Below are positions 37,732 through 45,893 of a DNA stretch of 47,662 nucleotides, piece by piece. This stretch comes from a virus (taxonomy: Duplodnaviria; Caudoviricetes). The notes below the pieces were generated by a model. That model was not told where the DNA came from. It worked only from the letters and a program-made list of their open reading frames with translations, and did not search any database. The number at the start of each line of letters is the position of its first letter. The stretch's first letter is position 1. The position numbers and the translations under genes were made by a program. The stretch covers positions 1 through 47,662 of the IMG/VR virus record IMGVR_UViG_3300028638_000445. One strand, written 5' to 3'.

Positions 37732-38166
37732 CTAAAACGGTACCTCGTCGTCACTGAAATTTGCGGCGGCAAAATCGTCCTCGTATTGGTCAGGTATTGG
37801 CAGACTATCCTGTCTTTCTGATTTATCTGCTTTATCAAGAAACCCCAAATTATGCGCAGTGATCTCTGTAGTGTATCTTGTCTCTCCTGCTGGAGTTTTA
37901 AATGATCCGGTTGTGATCGACCCTTCGATCGCTACCCTTTTGCCTTTTGAGAGATATTGAGTGGCAGTCTCAGCAAGTTTACCCCATGCATTAATTTTGA
38001 TGAAGTCAGCAGTTGAGATACCTTTCTGCTGCATTTCAGTCTTCTTCTCTTTACTCAAATTTTTGTCAACTGCCAGCGTGAAGCTTGTGACGGCTCTACC
38101 CGTACTAGCTATGTGTCTTAGCTCTGGATCTTTGGTGAGTCTCCCTATTAAAACTACGTGATTCAT
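37732..38166 (-). CDS. ssb: Single-stranded DNA-binding protein
   Basis: MNHVVLIGRLTKDPELR N-terminus and acidic tail ending DDEVPF. Confidence 0.95.
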   Translation of the reverse strand: MNHVVLIGRLTKDPELRHIASTGRAVTSFTLAVDKNLSKEKKTEMQQKGISTADFIKINAWGKLAETATQYLSKGKRVAIEGSITTGSFKTPAGETRYTTEITAHNLGFLDKADKSERQDSLPIPDQYEDDFAAANFSDDEVPF

Positions 38167-38264
38167 ATTAACCTCCTATATTCGCAATATGCGCCAAATA
38201 CGAACTAATATTGACACCTGATATGAAATTCAATTCGCAATAGTCACCAATACTGCACTTGCGT

Positions 38265-38642
38265 TTACATTGATTCAATCACGATCTCTGTCCTCGGAAA
38301 TTCCTTATCATACATAACTCGACTGCCATCATGCCCGGCAATAATCTCTGAGTTATCATCTTCAAACAGTCCATGATAGACCATGGCATCGTCAACCGCA
38401 TTCAAGAGATTGGGAAGATCTACCCTTCTCTTTGTTGGCATATAGAAAAGGCACTTAACATTTACTCGGCTGTTGATTCCTTTCGGCAAGGTAGATGATG
38501 TCAGAAAGACCTGGCAGTTATTCAGATATTCTGCATAGGCTTCTGAAGGTGATACAAATGGTTTACCTGTCCGGTTATTTCTCCTTATCTGCATCGAATT
38601 CTTCTTGGTTCGTGGAATGAACGGCAATACGATCTTTATCAT
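38265..38642 (-). CDS. rusA: RusA-like Holliday junction resolvase
   Basis: P.TKKN, RRVDLPNL...DAM...G.FEDD...PRTEIVI motifs. Confidence 0.85.
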   Translation of the reverse strand: MIKIVLPFIPRTKKNSMQIRRNNRTGKPFVSPSEAYAEYLNNCQVFLTSSTLPKGINSRVNVKCLFYMPTKRRVDLPNLLNAVDDAMVYHGLFEDDNSEIIAGHDGSRVMYDKEFPRTEIVIESM

Positions 38643-39159
38643 TTCTACCTCGCTTTTCTCTCAATCTCATTTCGAAGTCCTCGACATTGCTCCTTGATGG
38701 TTCGAAATTATGAAAACCATTTTTTGACTTCGATTTTGGTTTTTCGCTATATATATTTCTTAAAGATTCTTTTCTTTCTTTAGTTGTTGTTATTTGAGTG
38801 TCCTTTTGCGTGTTGCTTTGTTTGTTATTTTCCTGATCGCCATCCTGATACAATGTGTATTTTTCAATGGTTATGATGGTAAATTTGTTTGTTGTTTTGA
38901 CTGTTATTTCGTTTGTTGATTTCAATTTATCTAATGCAGTCCTAACTTGCTGAATTGATAGGCCTGTTTCACTTGCAAGATTCCCGTAAGAAGTAATAAA
39001 TTCACCCCTGCATATTTTATGTCCCTTCCAAATATTTTCCTTAAAGTTCGCTTTAAGAAGGATGTGAATGAACAGAATGAGGACGTTTTTCTCGTCATAC
39101 CATTCCCAATCCAGCATTTTTCTATGGATTTTGATCCATCCATTCAGCTTTTCTGCCAT
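38575..39159 (-). CDS. Phage replication initiator (N-terminal wHTH)
   Basis: GWIKIHRKMLDWEWY...RGEFITSYGNLA..TGLS...VRTAL, followed by a low-complexity T/N/K linker. Confidence 0.8.
   Translation of the reverse strand: MAEKLNGWIKIHRKMLDWEWYDEKNVLILFIHILLKANFKENIWKGHKICRGEFITSYGNLASETGLSIQQVRTALDKLKSTNEITVKTTNKFTIITIEKYTLYQDGDQENNKQSNTQKDTQITTTKERKESLRNIYSEKPKSKSKNGFHNFEPSRSNVEDFEMRLREKRGRNDKDRIAVHSTNQEEFDADKEK
38788..38921. repeat. Putative iterons (phage origin) within the initiator gene
   Basis: TGTTRNTT-like units at 38788, 38799, 38811 and 38823, and at 38890, 38902 and 38914 (11-12 bp period), beside an AT-rich tract at about 38750-38780. Confidence 0.6.
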
Positions 39160-39174
39160 CGTCCATTCACACCC

Positions 39175-39900
39175 CTAAAACTCCATTTGTAATCCCGTTT
39201 CTGCAACCACTGTCTCAATACCGGTTCTTCTTCTGATCCTGTCTCTGAAGACTTCAGGCTCTGAATTATTCTCTGAAGTATGAAGCAGCATGATCTTTCT
39301 GGTTCTTCCTAGCTCGGAAGCCATTAGAAAGGCTTCGACGTCACTTATCTCAAAATGTGAATGCTTTGCCCGTTTCGCTATTCGTGGATGGATTCTTCCA
39401 TCCCTCACGTTGCGATCCAATATTTCTACATCATAATTTGCTTCGATCATGAAGCAGTCTATCGATTGAAACCTGTATTTGAGAAAGTAGGTATCAGTTG
39501 CAAAGACAATTCTTTGCCTGAGATCCACCGACTCAATAAGAAAACCAAGCGGCTCACTTGCATCGTGCTGAACCAGAAACGGAAGCACATTAAACTCACC
39601 AATAGAAACTGGTTTATTAGGCTCCAGAATGCGTCTGTACTGTTGATCTGTGCCAAGCGCATCAAACGTTCCCCTGCTTGCAAAGATGTCCATTCTGAGC
39701 TTCAATAGATCCTCTACAGCGACTGCATGATCCATGTGTTCATGACTTACAAGTACTCCTGAAACATTATTAATATCGTGTTTGAGTCCTTCGAGAATTC
39801 GTTTCTTAGGGACGCCTGCCTCGATCAGCAGGACGTCCCTGGCACCACTTAAAATGTAGCAGTTTCCTTTTGAACCACTCGCGATGACATTAATTCTCAT
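39175..39900 (-). CDS. MBL-fold metallo-hydrolase (YycJ-like phage exonuclease)
   Basis: ASGSKGN, SHEHMDH, HDA, TDT, EANY and LLHTS motifs. Confidence 0.9.
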   Translation of the reverse strand: MRINVIASGSKGNCYILSGARDVLLIEAGVPKKRILEGLKHDINNVSGVLVSHEHMDHAVAVEDLLKLRMDIFASRGTFDALGTDQQYRRILEPNKPVSIGEFNVLPFLVQHDASEPLGFLIESVDLRQRIVFATDTYFLKYRFQSIDCFMIEANYDVEILDRNVRDGRIHPRIAKRAKHSHFEISDVEAFLMASELGRTRKIMLLHTSENNSEPEVFRDRIRRRTGIETVVAETGLQMEF

Positions 39901-40610
39901 CTCAGTTCCGGCGGGATGTCATCATCCTCATCAATCACGGGCATATGTTCTTCCTCATGAGCTTCTGAAATTGGCTCAGGCGCGCTGAACTCTTCGAAAT
40001 CTAGTGATATAGTGTTTGCCTGCTCCTTCTCGCCGTCGACTACCTGATAACTGTCTGAAGGCATTTCGATAAGCTCATCACTCGAGTAGAGACCATACAG
40101 AATATCTGAGCAATAGAGGCGTCCGAAAAAGCTTGCTGCACGGTAACGGATCATGACTTCAGGCATAGTCTTCCACTTGGAACCGTTCTTGTCGATCCAT
40201 CCTTCTGCTTTGGCCATGGCCATAGTGATCGTAGGGCCTGTTATCGTATTGCCATCCATGTCGGTCGCATAGGCATAGCAGGAGAGTGTATCCCCTTTGC
40301 CTCCAATTTCAAATTTGAGCGGTCCTTTATACCGTCTTGATCCATTAATCAGACCTGTGATCATCGAACTGCTCCAACCTGGCTTACCATTTACGATATA
40401 GGTATTTTGCATGATCATGAAAACTGGCATCTTGACCCTGTCGCTCATCTCAAGCGCAATCAGGCAGTTGGCTGGATTATTCTGATATTCCCTTGGCACA
40501 ATGGTGCTCTTTGCCAGTGCAACCGCCATTTGCTTGGCCGCCTCAAAGTTCTCAATACTGCTGAATACTGAAAGACTCTTATTCTCCGTTTGCATGAGTT
40601 CGTTTGACAT
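39897..40610 (-). CDS. RecT/Red-beta-like single-strand annealing protein
   Basis: YIVNGKP...WKTMPEVM.RYRA...GLYSSDE plus an acidic tail. Lies between the SbcC-like ATPase and the MBL nuclease. Confidence 0.7.
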   Translation of the reverse strand: MSNELMQTENKSLSVFSSIENFEAAKQMAVALAKSTIVPREYQNNPANCLIALEMSDRVKMPVFMIMQNTYIVNGKPGWSSSMITGLINGSRRYKGPLKFEIGGKGDTLSCYAYATDMDGNTITGPTITMAMAKAEGWIDKNGSKWKTMPEVMIRYRAASFFGRLYCSDILYGLYSSDELIEMPSDSYQVVDGEKEQANTISLDFEEFSAPEPISEAHEEEHMPVIDEDDDIPPELR

Positions 40611-42529
40611 TAGACTGCCTCCCTCTCTGTTTTAAGATCAATGTGTTTCTCATCAACGAGCAGATTGATGATCTGACTGTTGATTGTAGCTAGTGCGCTT
40701 ACAGACTCCCTGTGGTCAACGAATACCGGTGCTCGGAAGTTATAATACCGAGAAAGGTGTTCTATGATCTCAAGCCCTGCATTGATCTGACTGGCGGTAT
40801 TGGCATCCTGATATGGAACACCATTGATCAGAGTTACAAAAGTATCTGCCAGACCACCGTTAATTTGTGTATCAAAGAGTTTAAAGGTGACGGATCGGAA
40901 AAGACTGTTTAACTCAGTTTCGATCATCTCAACCTTGGCTTTAATATAGTTCTCAAGCGCAATAATCTGTCCTTCAGAGATGACAAGTTCGTTGGCCAGT
41001 TTCTTCCCTTCAGCCTCGAGTTCTCCGATCCGTCCTTTAGAAGTTTCAAAAGCATCTTTCTGGGCGACGAGCTTTTGAAGCGTTGCAATTTCAGCATCCA
41101 GTTTCGACGTATCGTTCATGTTAATTTCGATCCGGATCTGCAGTTTCTCATTGAGCGATTGGATATGCTCAGTCATTTGACTGACCTTATCCGCGAAGTC
41201 TGGAACCGGGTGATTGATAAGCTTCTCGAGCTCTGCTTTTCTTACGTTAAGTTCCATTAAACTGATTCTGGCATTATCGAGTTTGGTTTCTCCTGAAGCG
41301 ATATCGGCAGCAAGGCCTTCAATTCTGGTTTTAAGCGTTGCGCCCCTTTGGGTGATATCTGCAAGACCCTTTTGCTTTGCATTTTCAAATTTAGCTCTCG
41401 CAATTTCAATAATCTCTGCAGTTTTGCTCGGCGGCAGACCCTGTCCGCAAGTTGGGCATATCGTATCAACTTCGTTGATATTGAGCACTTCAGCCTTACT
41501 TGCCTTATATTCCTTAACGAGCTGCAAGCGTTCGTTTTCATACTGTACGATTTGACTTTTGATCGACTGCTGACTCACCGCGAAGTTTGCGATGTAATCT
41601 TTCTTTGACTGAATTTCAGTACATACTCTTTCAAGTTCACTTCTGGCCAAGTTCTTTTCTTTTTCAGCATCAGTTCGAATTCTTTCAAATTCCTTGATTT
41701 GATTTTTATTGTGGCTGATTGCGTCCAGTACCTTTGCCTGCTCATCTATGCGTTTCCTGGCTTCTTCTCTGGCTCTCTTTTCAACATCATTACGGGTTTG
41801 AAGCAGTTCGGCTAGCTTCGCTTCAACTGTCTCAAAATTCGTTGACTGGGGTGACTCATACGTTGTGCGCGATACTTCATCAACTCTGATTGGGATTTGT
41901 TTAATCTGTTCATTCAGTTTCTTTCTGCGATCTTTTAAAAGTGTCATTGCATCTTCAGACCCAAACTTCTTAATCAATTCTCTAACCGGCTCAAACTGTG
42001 GATTATCAAGCAGACTGTCGTCGCTGTACTTAATCAGACTCATCATTAGATCCCGACGCTTCTTCCAATCAAGGCGCTGAAATTGTGTAGGATCACTGAG
42101 AAGTTTGAAGAGCTCTTCATTCATCATCTCGTTGATTTTGGCTGTGTAGTCACTTATTTTGACAGGCAAACTGTCGATGAAGCAACTTGTCTCATGTCCG
42201 GAAAGCTGGGCCTCTGAATCACCGCGCTTCTTTGTCCACTTCTCACGGTATTCCTTCCTGAGGGTTATTTGATTGTCCTCATGTTCGATAACCGCTTCAA
42301 CGATGTGGTCAAGGCCATGAATCGGTCTGCCAAATGAATCAACAGTTTTAACCTCGAAACTTGATCTGCCTGTAGAATCCTTTCCAAAGAGCAACCATAG
42401 CCAAGCGTCAAATATAGTTGTTTTGCCCGCTCCATTTGCTCCCCTGATTGTCACATTATGGCCATCGGCATTTATCTTCTTTTGTTTCAAACCCTTGAAA
42501 TTGATCAGTTCGATTGATATGAGCTTCAT
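40610..42529 (-). CDS. SbcC/Rad50-like coiled-coil ATPase
   Basis: NFKG, Walker A GANGAGKT, zinc hook CPTC and C-terminal FVDHRE. Start moved to ATG 42529 (GGAGG SD). Confidence 0.88.
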   Translation of the reverse strand: MKLISIELINFKGLKQKKINADGHNVTIRGANGAGKTTIFDAWLWLLFGKDSTGRSSFEVKTVDSFGRPIHGLDHIVEAVIEHEDNQITLRKEYREKWTKKRGDSEAQLSGHETSCFIDSLPVKISDYTAKINEMMNEELFKLLSDPTQFQRLDWKKRRDLMMSLIKYSDDSLLDNPQFEPVRELIKKFGSEDAMTLLKDRRKKLNEQIKQIPIRVDEVSRTTYESPQSTNFETVEAKLAELLQTRNDVEKRAREEARKRIDEQAKVLDAISHNKNQIKEFERIRTDAEKEKNLARSELERVCTEIQSKKDYIANFAVSQQSIKSQIVQYENERLQLVKEYKASKAEVLNINEVDTICPTCGQGLPPSKTAEIIEIARAKFENAKQKGLADITQRGATLKTRIEGLAADIASGETKLDNARISLMELNVRKAELEKLINHPVPDFADKVSQMTEHIQSLNEKLQIRIEINMNDTSKLDAEIATLQKLVAQKDAFETSKGRIGELEAEGKKLANELVISEGQIIALENYIKAKVEMIETELNSLFRSVTFKLFDTQINGGLADTFVTLINGVPYQDANTASQINAGLEIIEHLSRYYNFRAPVFVDHRESVSALATINSQIINLLVDEKHIDLKTEREAV

Positions 42530-42774
42530 AGCTCTTCCTCCTTCAGAAATCTGCTTCGATATTCTCTGAATGTCGATCCTCTTAATCCGCATAGTCTTGC
42601 CTGTTCCAAAATTTCAGTTTCAGGCAGGCATTTTAAAACATCTTTCATAACCATGACTCTAATTTCTTTGGGAATATTTTTTGTTTCTATCGCCTTGAAG
42701 GCTATCTCCGGCAGACAGCCGGTGAGGGCTGAATAGTAACAGGCTAAAACGCCTGAGTCACCAACATACTGCAT
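42526..42774 (-). CDS. Hypothetical phage protein
   Basis: 82-aa ORF, GAGGTG SD, overlaps the next start. Confidence 0.65.
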   Translation of the reverse strand: MQYVGDSGVLACYYSALTGCLPEIAFKAIETKNIPKEIRVMVMKDVLKCLPETEILEQARLCGLRGSTFREYRSRFLKEEEL

Positions 42775-42802
42775 TAACTCACCTCTTGTGGTATAATCAT
42801 TG

Positions 42803-42853
42803 TGTAGTTTTTTCTTGAGGGCCTTTGGATCTGCACATCCTAGGCTCTTTTTT
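42803..42853 (+). ncRNA. Candidate small antisense RNA
   Basis: TGGTATAAT extended -10 (42789-42797), then about 20 nt later the hairpin GAGGGCCT..GGAT/ATCC..AGGCTCTT and a T run. Confidence 0.5.
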
Positions 42854-43118
42854 CATTGTCATAAAGCCTGCACGCGTCTATGACACTGAGTCGATTGGTG
42901 CTTGTTCTCATAACTGCAAGTGTTCTGTTGAGATTGTTTTTCTCTTTTGTTATTCCTTCCTGAATCCCTTGTTCTCTGCCGCTTTTAAAACCGTCCCTGT
43001 AACCTATCGAATTTCCCGTCCACAGCAATGCGACCATAAATATCACCAGAAAAATCATCCCGTAGCTATCCATAAATCTTCTCCTTCCGCTTTTTTTTCC
43101 ATCATTCCAAGGGTTCAA
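42840..43118 (-). CDS. Small membrane protein
   Basis: One TM followed by GYRDGFKSGREQGIQEG (GxxxG repeats). Start uncertain. Confidence 0.6.
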   Translation of the reverse strand: MNPWNDGKKSGRRRFMDSYGMIFLVIFMVALLWTGNSIGYRDGFKSGREQGIQEGITKEKNNLNRTLAVMRTSTNRLSVIDACRLYDNEKRA

Positions 43119-43332
43119 TTTTGTACTCTTTCCTACTGCCTTCCCGGATTCGGATTGCCTGTTGCTTTGGTTTCATTTGTAGAATTAACCGAGATTCCAA
43201 ATGTCCATTTGTACTGTGCTCAGATCGATCAAAGTTATCTGTCAGATCGCTGAAAGTCTTTACCGCTGCCATCGGGTGAGTATAACCAATACTGATAAGT
43301 CTTGACATGAATTCAATGTGGTTCACCTTCAC
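43102..43332 (-). CDS. Hypothetical phage protein
   Basis: GTG start overlapping the upstream stop, AGGAGG SD. Confidence 0.6.
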   Translation of the reverse strand: MKVNHIEFMSRLISIGYTHPMAAVKTFSDLTDNFDRSEHSTNGHLESRLILQMKPKQQAIRIREGSRKEYKIEPLE

Positions 43333-43547
43333 ATCCTCCTTAATTCATATTTCCATTCGCCGTTTAACCTGAAGCGTTCTAATATCAAATCCCCAGGAGG
43401 CAAGAGCATGAATGTTCTTCTGCTGTAACTGGCGTCTTCTAGTCTCCAGTTAAGTTCTTCGTCAATCTGATCCATCATCTCATTGGCGTCCTGAGGCGAG
43501 GTGCACCGATATCGGACGAGATCACTTTTGAGCTGTTCTCTGGTCAA
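43329..43547 (-). CDS. Hypothetical phage protein
   Basis: TTG start with a strong AAGGAGG SD. Confidence 0.65.
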   Translation of the reverse strand: MTREQLKSDLVRYRCTSPQDANEMMDQIDEELNWRLEDASYSRRTFMLLPPGDLILERFRLNGEWKYELRRM

Positions 43548-43573
43548 TAAAATTCCTCCTTAAGTGATGTTGA

Positions 43574-43643
43574 AAACTATATATAGTTGTTGATAACTTA
43601 TCCACAACTGTATATTGAAGATTGCTCCAAGTTGTGTTACGAT
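43574..43643. promoter_or_regulatory. Tandem NrdR-like boxes, paired DnaA boxes and a rightward sigma-A promoter
   Basis: AAACTATATATAGTTG (43574) and CAACTGTATATTGAAG (43605) are 31 bp apart. TGTTGATAA (43588-96) and TTATCCACA (43598-606). TTGAAG-N17-TACGAT with TG extension (43615-43643). Confidence 0.6.
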
Positions 43644-43874
43644 TTATTTGGAAGCAGATAGCAAATTATCTATTGAAATTCCATAAATGATCGATATTTC
43701 TATTACTGTATTTAATCCTGGGATTATTACCGAATTCTCCATCTTTGAAATTGTGGTTGTGTCTACCTCAAGCAGTTCAGCTAGCTGTGCTTGGGTCTGT
43801 CCTCGACTCTTACGTAGCTTTCTAAGATTACTTCCAAGATTCTGCTTCCAGTTTGTAAAGTCACATGGCAACAA
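43644..43874 (-). CDS. XRE-family HTH regulator
   Basis: LRKLRKSRGQTQAQLAELLEVDTTTISKMEN. Confidence 0.85.
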   Translation of the reverse strand: MLPCDFTNWKQNLGSNLRKLRKSRGQTQAQLAELLEVDTTTISKMENSVIIPGLNTVIEISIIYGISIDNLLSASK

Positions 43875-43916
43875 ATGATCACGCTCCTTAAGTCGTATCA
43901 GGGAAGGTGGTGAAAC

Positions 43917-44129
43917 ATGATGTTGATGGTTCCGGTAATATCAAGCAATCTTTCTTCAGTTGGTTATGATCCAATAAGTCAAACACTTAGAATTCAGTTC
44001 CATTCAGGTTTATACGACTATTTCAATGTCCCTGCTACAGTACATTTCAATTTAATGAACGCACCTTCAAAAGGTGAATATCACGCAGCCTATATCAAGA
44101 ATGTCTATACTTTTAAGAAATTAATTTAA
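43917..44129 (+). CDS. KTSC domain protein
   Basis: SSNLSSVGYD...LRIQF..G.YDYFNVP...LMNAPSKGEY...IK. Confidence 0.9.
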   Translation: MMLMVPVISSNLSSVGYDPISQTLRIQFHSGLYDYFNVPATVHFNLMNAPSKGEYHAAYIKNVYTFKKLI

Positions 44130-44272
44130 TCAATAACCACCAACACTATTGCGGGGCCTTCCACGCCAATCTGTTCAATCTGGTAAGGCTCCACTTTTAT
44201 TTCATTCACTCCGACACGTTTTACCAGCTCTTCGACTAGATCTTTTGTACTGAATTGGGTCAAATTATTCAT
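44126..44272 (-). CDS. Small phage protein (48 aa, BC1881-like), not in the ORF track
   Basis: MNNLTQFSTKDLVEELVKRVGVNEIKVEPYQIEQIGVEGPAIVLVVID. AAGGAGG SD. Family name recalled from memory. Confidence 0.75.
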   Translation of the reverse strand: MNNLTQFSTKDLVEELVKRVGVNEIKVEPYQIEQIGVEGPAIVLVVID

Positions 44273-44301
44273 TTAGAATCCTCCTTTGAACTACGCGAAA
44301 T

Positions 44302-44330
44302 GTGAAATTCTACGCGCAACGTGTTATAAT
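44302..44330 (+). promoter_or_regulatory. Rightward promoter containing an operator copy
   Basis: GTGAAA-N17-TATAAT with TG extension. Operator ACGCG-CAA-CGTGT at 44312-44324. Confidence 0.6.
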
Positions 44331-44380
44331 TGGATCAATAGACTTCTTTTTTTATCTATCCCTTACATAAGAACCTAACT

Positions 44381-45130
44381 CTAAGCATTCACGCTGATCT
44401 GTTTGTTCTCCGGAGATATGACCAGCTTTTTCATAAAATAGATCTGACCTTTACCGGTTACCTTTGTTGTAAAGTAAGGCTTGAGGGTGTTGTTGCTGCC
44501 GAATCTCACGCCTTCTTTCATTTCAAGAACGCCTAGTTCGACTGACTTCTGGGTTGGTTTGTTTTCATATTTCTGAAGATATCCATACTTCCTTAGCCAC
44601 TCAAAGAGTCTCTTTTCACCTATGGCCACACCATTTTTAGCCAACAACTTTGATAAATCTCGGATCAGGATTGAATCAACAGATGCCTCGACAGCCTCTG
44701 CAAACAGAATTTTGGGGCGCTCCAGTTCAGCCTGAGTTTCAAGTTCCTTAATCCTTTCATTCATTCCGATCATTTGTCTTTCGGCAATCTTGAGGCCTCT
44801 GGCCATGACCAGTGATGGTTCATTCCAGGCCCGCTCGACCTGTATAAAATACTCTCGGATCTCATGAGCTTTTTCGCCTCCACTAACCATTGCAAGATGC
44901 TTGGCGATATCAATAGAAATGTGATAGTCAACACTAGGTCTGCCAATGCGCTCTGTAGTTTTCCCCCAAAAAGGGGTAAAGTCTATTCCGTCTTTTAAAC
45001 CCAATCTGTGAATTTGCATTTTGAACCAGTCTGTGAAGTCCTTTGAGATCCCAAGTGCTGAATGAAGATCCCTGGCACTTATGATCTGTTCCAGCTGATC
45101 ATTGGTTTGAATTGAGATTAATTCATTCAT
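44381..45130 (-). CDS. Phage antirepressor (AntA/AntB N-terminal plus ANT/KilAC C-terminal domains)
   Basis: ISARDLHSAL..FTDW..IDF..GRPS.DY..AKHLAM; PKILFAEAV..ILIRDLSK..IGEKRLFEWLR..KVTGKGQIYF. Start moved to ATG 45130. Confidence 0.9.
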   Translation of the reverse strand: MNELISIQTNDQLEQIISARDLHSALGISKDFTDWFKMQIHRLGLKDGIDFTPFWGKTTERIGRPSVDYHISIDIAKHLAMVSGGEKAHEIREYFIQVERAWNEPSLVMARGLKIAERQMIGMNERIKELETQAELERPKILFAEAVEASVDSILIRDLSKLLAKNGVAIGEKRLFEWLRKYGYLQKYENKPTQKSVELGVLEMKEGVRFGSNNTLKPYFTTKVTGKGQIYFMKKLVISPENKQISVNA

Positions 45131-45275
45131 ATAATTCCTCCGTTTCCCACTCAAGCTCATCTATCTGCATCAATAACTCTCTCCGGTCATCAACCCATTG
45201 AAGTGAAAAATCATTATTGTTGTCCATGCTTTCAAGTTGCTTGTATAACGATTTCAATCTCTCTGATTTAGTCAT
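45123..45275 (-). CDS. Small acidic hypothetical protein (50 aa), not in the ORF track
   Basis: MTKSERLKSLYKQLESMDNNNDFSLQWVDDRRELLMQIDELEWETEELYE. GGGAGG SD; the stop overlaps the antirepressor start. Confidence 0.65.
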   Translation of the reverse strand: MTKSERLKSLYKQLESMDNNNDFSLQWVDDRRELLMQIDELEWETEELYE

Positions 45276-45289
45276 CAATGAAACCTCCC

Positions 45290-45481
45290 CTACAGGTAAA
45301 CTTTCTCTTCAAAATAGCGCCTACTGATCTTGCCGGCGATGGTGATCTTGCCTTGTTTCTTAAGTTCCAGGTTCATTTCTCTGATAAGTCGATAACCGGT
45401 ACTTTCTGAAACGCCTAGGACGGTAGCTACTTCACGAGCGTTTACAAATCTAGTTTCGATTATTTGAATGTCGTTTCGCAT
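45290..45481 (-). CDS. Excisionase-like HTH protein (ICEBs1 Xis-like)
   Basis: FVNAREVATVLGVSESTGYRLIREMN.EL...GKI...YFEEK. Start at ATG 45481 after GGAGGTG. Confidence 0.75.
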   Translation of the reverse strand: MRNDIQIIETRFVNAREVATVLGVSESTGYRLIREMNLELKKQGKITIAGKISRRYFEEKVYL

Positions 45482-45517
45482 TTGTTCACCTCCATATAGT
45501 TGGAACAATTTAGACAC

Positions 45518-45530
45518 ACGCGTTTCGCGT
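45518..45530. promoter_or_regulatory. Operator copy between cro and xis
   Basis: ACGCG-TTT-CGCGT palindrome. Confidence 0.7.
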
Positions 45531-45551
45531 ACAAAGAGACAAAAAAATAAA

Positions 45552-45752
45552 CTAATCTTCACCAAATACATCTTCATAAGGCTTTTTCAATTTTTTTAAA
45601 ATTACAGTTATCTCAGATTGCCTAAATGGACGATTTCCGCTTTCCTTTGACCAGTATGAAGATTCAGCTATACCAATACACTTGGCCATTTCCAAAGCTG
45701 AAACGTTTTGATATTTCCTTTCTCTTCGCAATTTCATGTTAGCTGTATTCAT
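45552..45752 (-). CDS. Cro-like XRE HTH protein
   Basis: LRRERK...VSALEMAKCIGIAESSYWSKESGNRPF. Divergent from the repressor. Start ATG 45752. Confidence 0.85.
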   Translation of the reverse strand: MNTANMKLRRERKYQNVSALEMAKCIGIAESSYWSKESGNRPFRQSEITVILKKLKKPYEDVFGED

Positions 45753-45785
45753 TTTTTCACCCCCTAAAATAATGTCCTCAAAAAC

Positions 45786-45873
45786 AAAGTACCACGCGTT
45801 ACGCGTGGTTGTCAATACATCATGTATATTAAGTTTGTTTTATTTTGAAATTACACGGTGCGTGTAGTATTAT
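45786..45873. promoter_or_regulatory. Divergent lysis/lysogeny promoters, each with an operator in its spacer
   Basis: Leftward: TTGACA (45810-15) to TACTTT (45786-91), with ACCACGCGT-T-ACGCGTGGT (45791-809). Rightward: TTGAAA (45845-50)-N17-TATTAT, with TACACG-GTG-CGTGTA (45852-66). Confidence 0.8.
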
Positions 45874-45893
45874 TATTAAGGAAGGTGATCAAT

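Noticed and set aside
38180-38242. Direct repeat ATTCGCAATA (38180 and 38233) upstream of ssb
   Set aside because: Only two 10-bp copies with no clear promoter relationship. Could be a regulator site but cannot be distinguished from chance.
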